In this document: positions 63,846 through 64,000 of the stretch, in pieces
Layout: the number at the start of each line of letters is the position of its first letter
How positions within the stretch are numbered: position 1 is the first letter of the stretch
NCBI GenBank assembly: GCA_963693365.1
Contig: CAVNZM010000004.1
Span: forward strand, 4,457,447 to 4,521,446
Reading direction: 5' to 3'
Origin: Amoebidium appalachense
Lineage: Eukaryota; Protista; Ichthyosporea
DNA length: 64,000 bases
Position numbers and translations under genes: made by a program
The notes under the pieces: model-generated
The model's input: only the letters and a program-made list of their open reading frames with translations
Told to the model about the DNA's origin: nothing
The model's database searches: none

Positions 63846-64000
63846 GTATGTGTCCCCCAGAGGCAAAGTCTATGGACCGTTGAAAATTCAGCATTTTTAA
63901 CACTCGGTCTGAAACGGGGGGGGGGGGGGGGGGGAGGGGGGCGGAGAAGGGGGGAGGGGGGAGGGGAGGATGGGGGAGGGCAAGGAAGGGAGGAAATCGA

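Overview
Eukaryotic genomic DNA with spliceosomal GT-AG introns and the standard code; probably a unicellular eukaryote (inference, taxon not determinable here). Short exons are buried in introns packed with poly-G/poly-C, (CA)n/(GT)n and (GA)n/(CT)n tracts, so almost all supplied six-frame ORFs are low-complexity noise. Manual splicing gives eight genes: (1) a minus-strand YkgJ/CxxCxxCC cysteine-cluster protein containing an internal, frame-preserving ~4.0-kb tandem duplication; (2) a multi-exon Ser/Thr kinase resembling plant At3g63330, with an N-terminal hydrophobic anchor and a C-terminal C2HC finger; (3) a cathepsin D-like aspartic protease; (4) a small permuted papain-like (H...NCQHF) hydrolase; (5) a TatD-fold protein lacking almost all catalytic metal ligands, fused to two CCHC zinc knuckles and an RG-rich linker; (6) an MG-start protein with a C-terminal CBM48 glycogen-binding domain; (7) an intact TATDN3-like DNase; (8) a two-TM alpha/beta hydrolase (GFSKG) running off the window. 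Three head-to-head gene pairs share repeat-free, CCAAT-rich intergenic zones. The most notable observations are the intron architecture ((CA)n running straight into the acceptor AG with no polypyrimidine tract, and complementary repeat blocks at opposite intron ends) and the zinc-knuckle pseudo-TatD. Exon boundaries were read by eye and family calls come from remembered motifs, not database searches.
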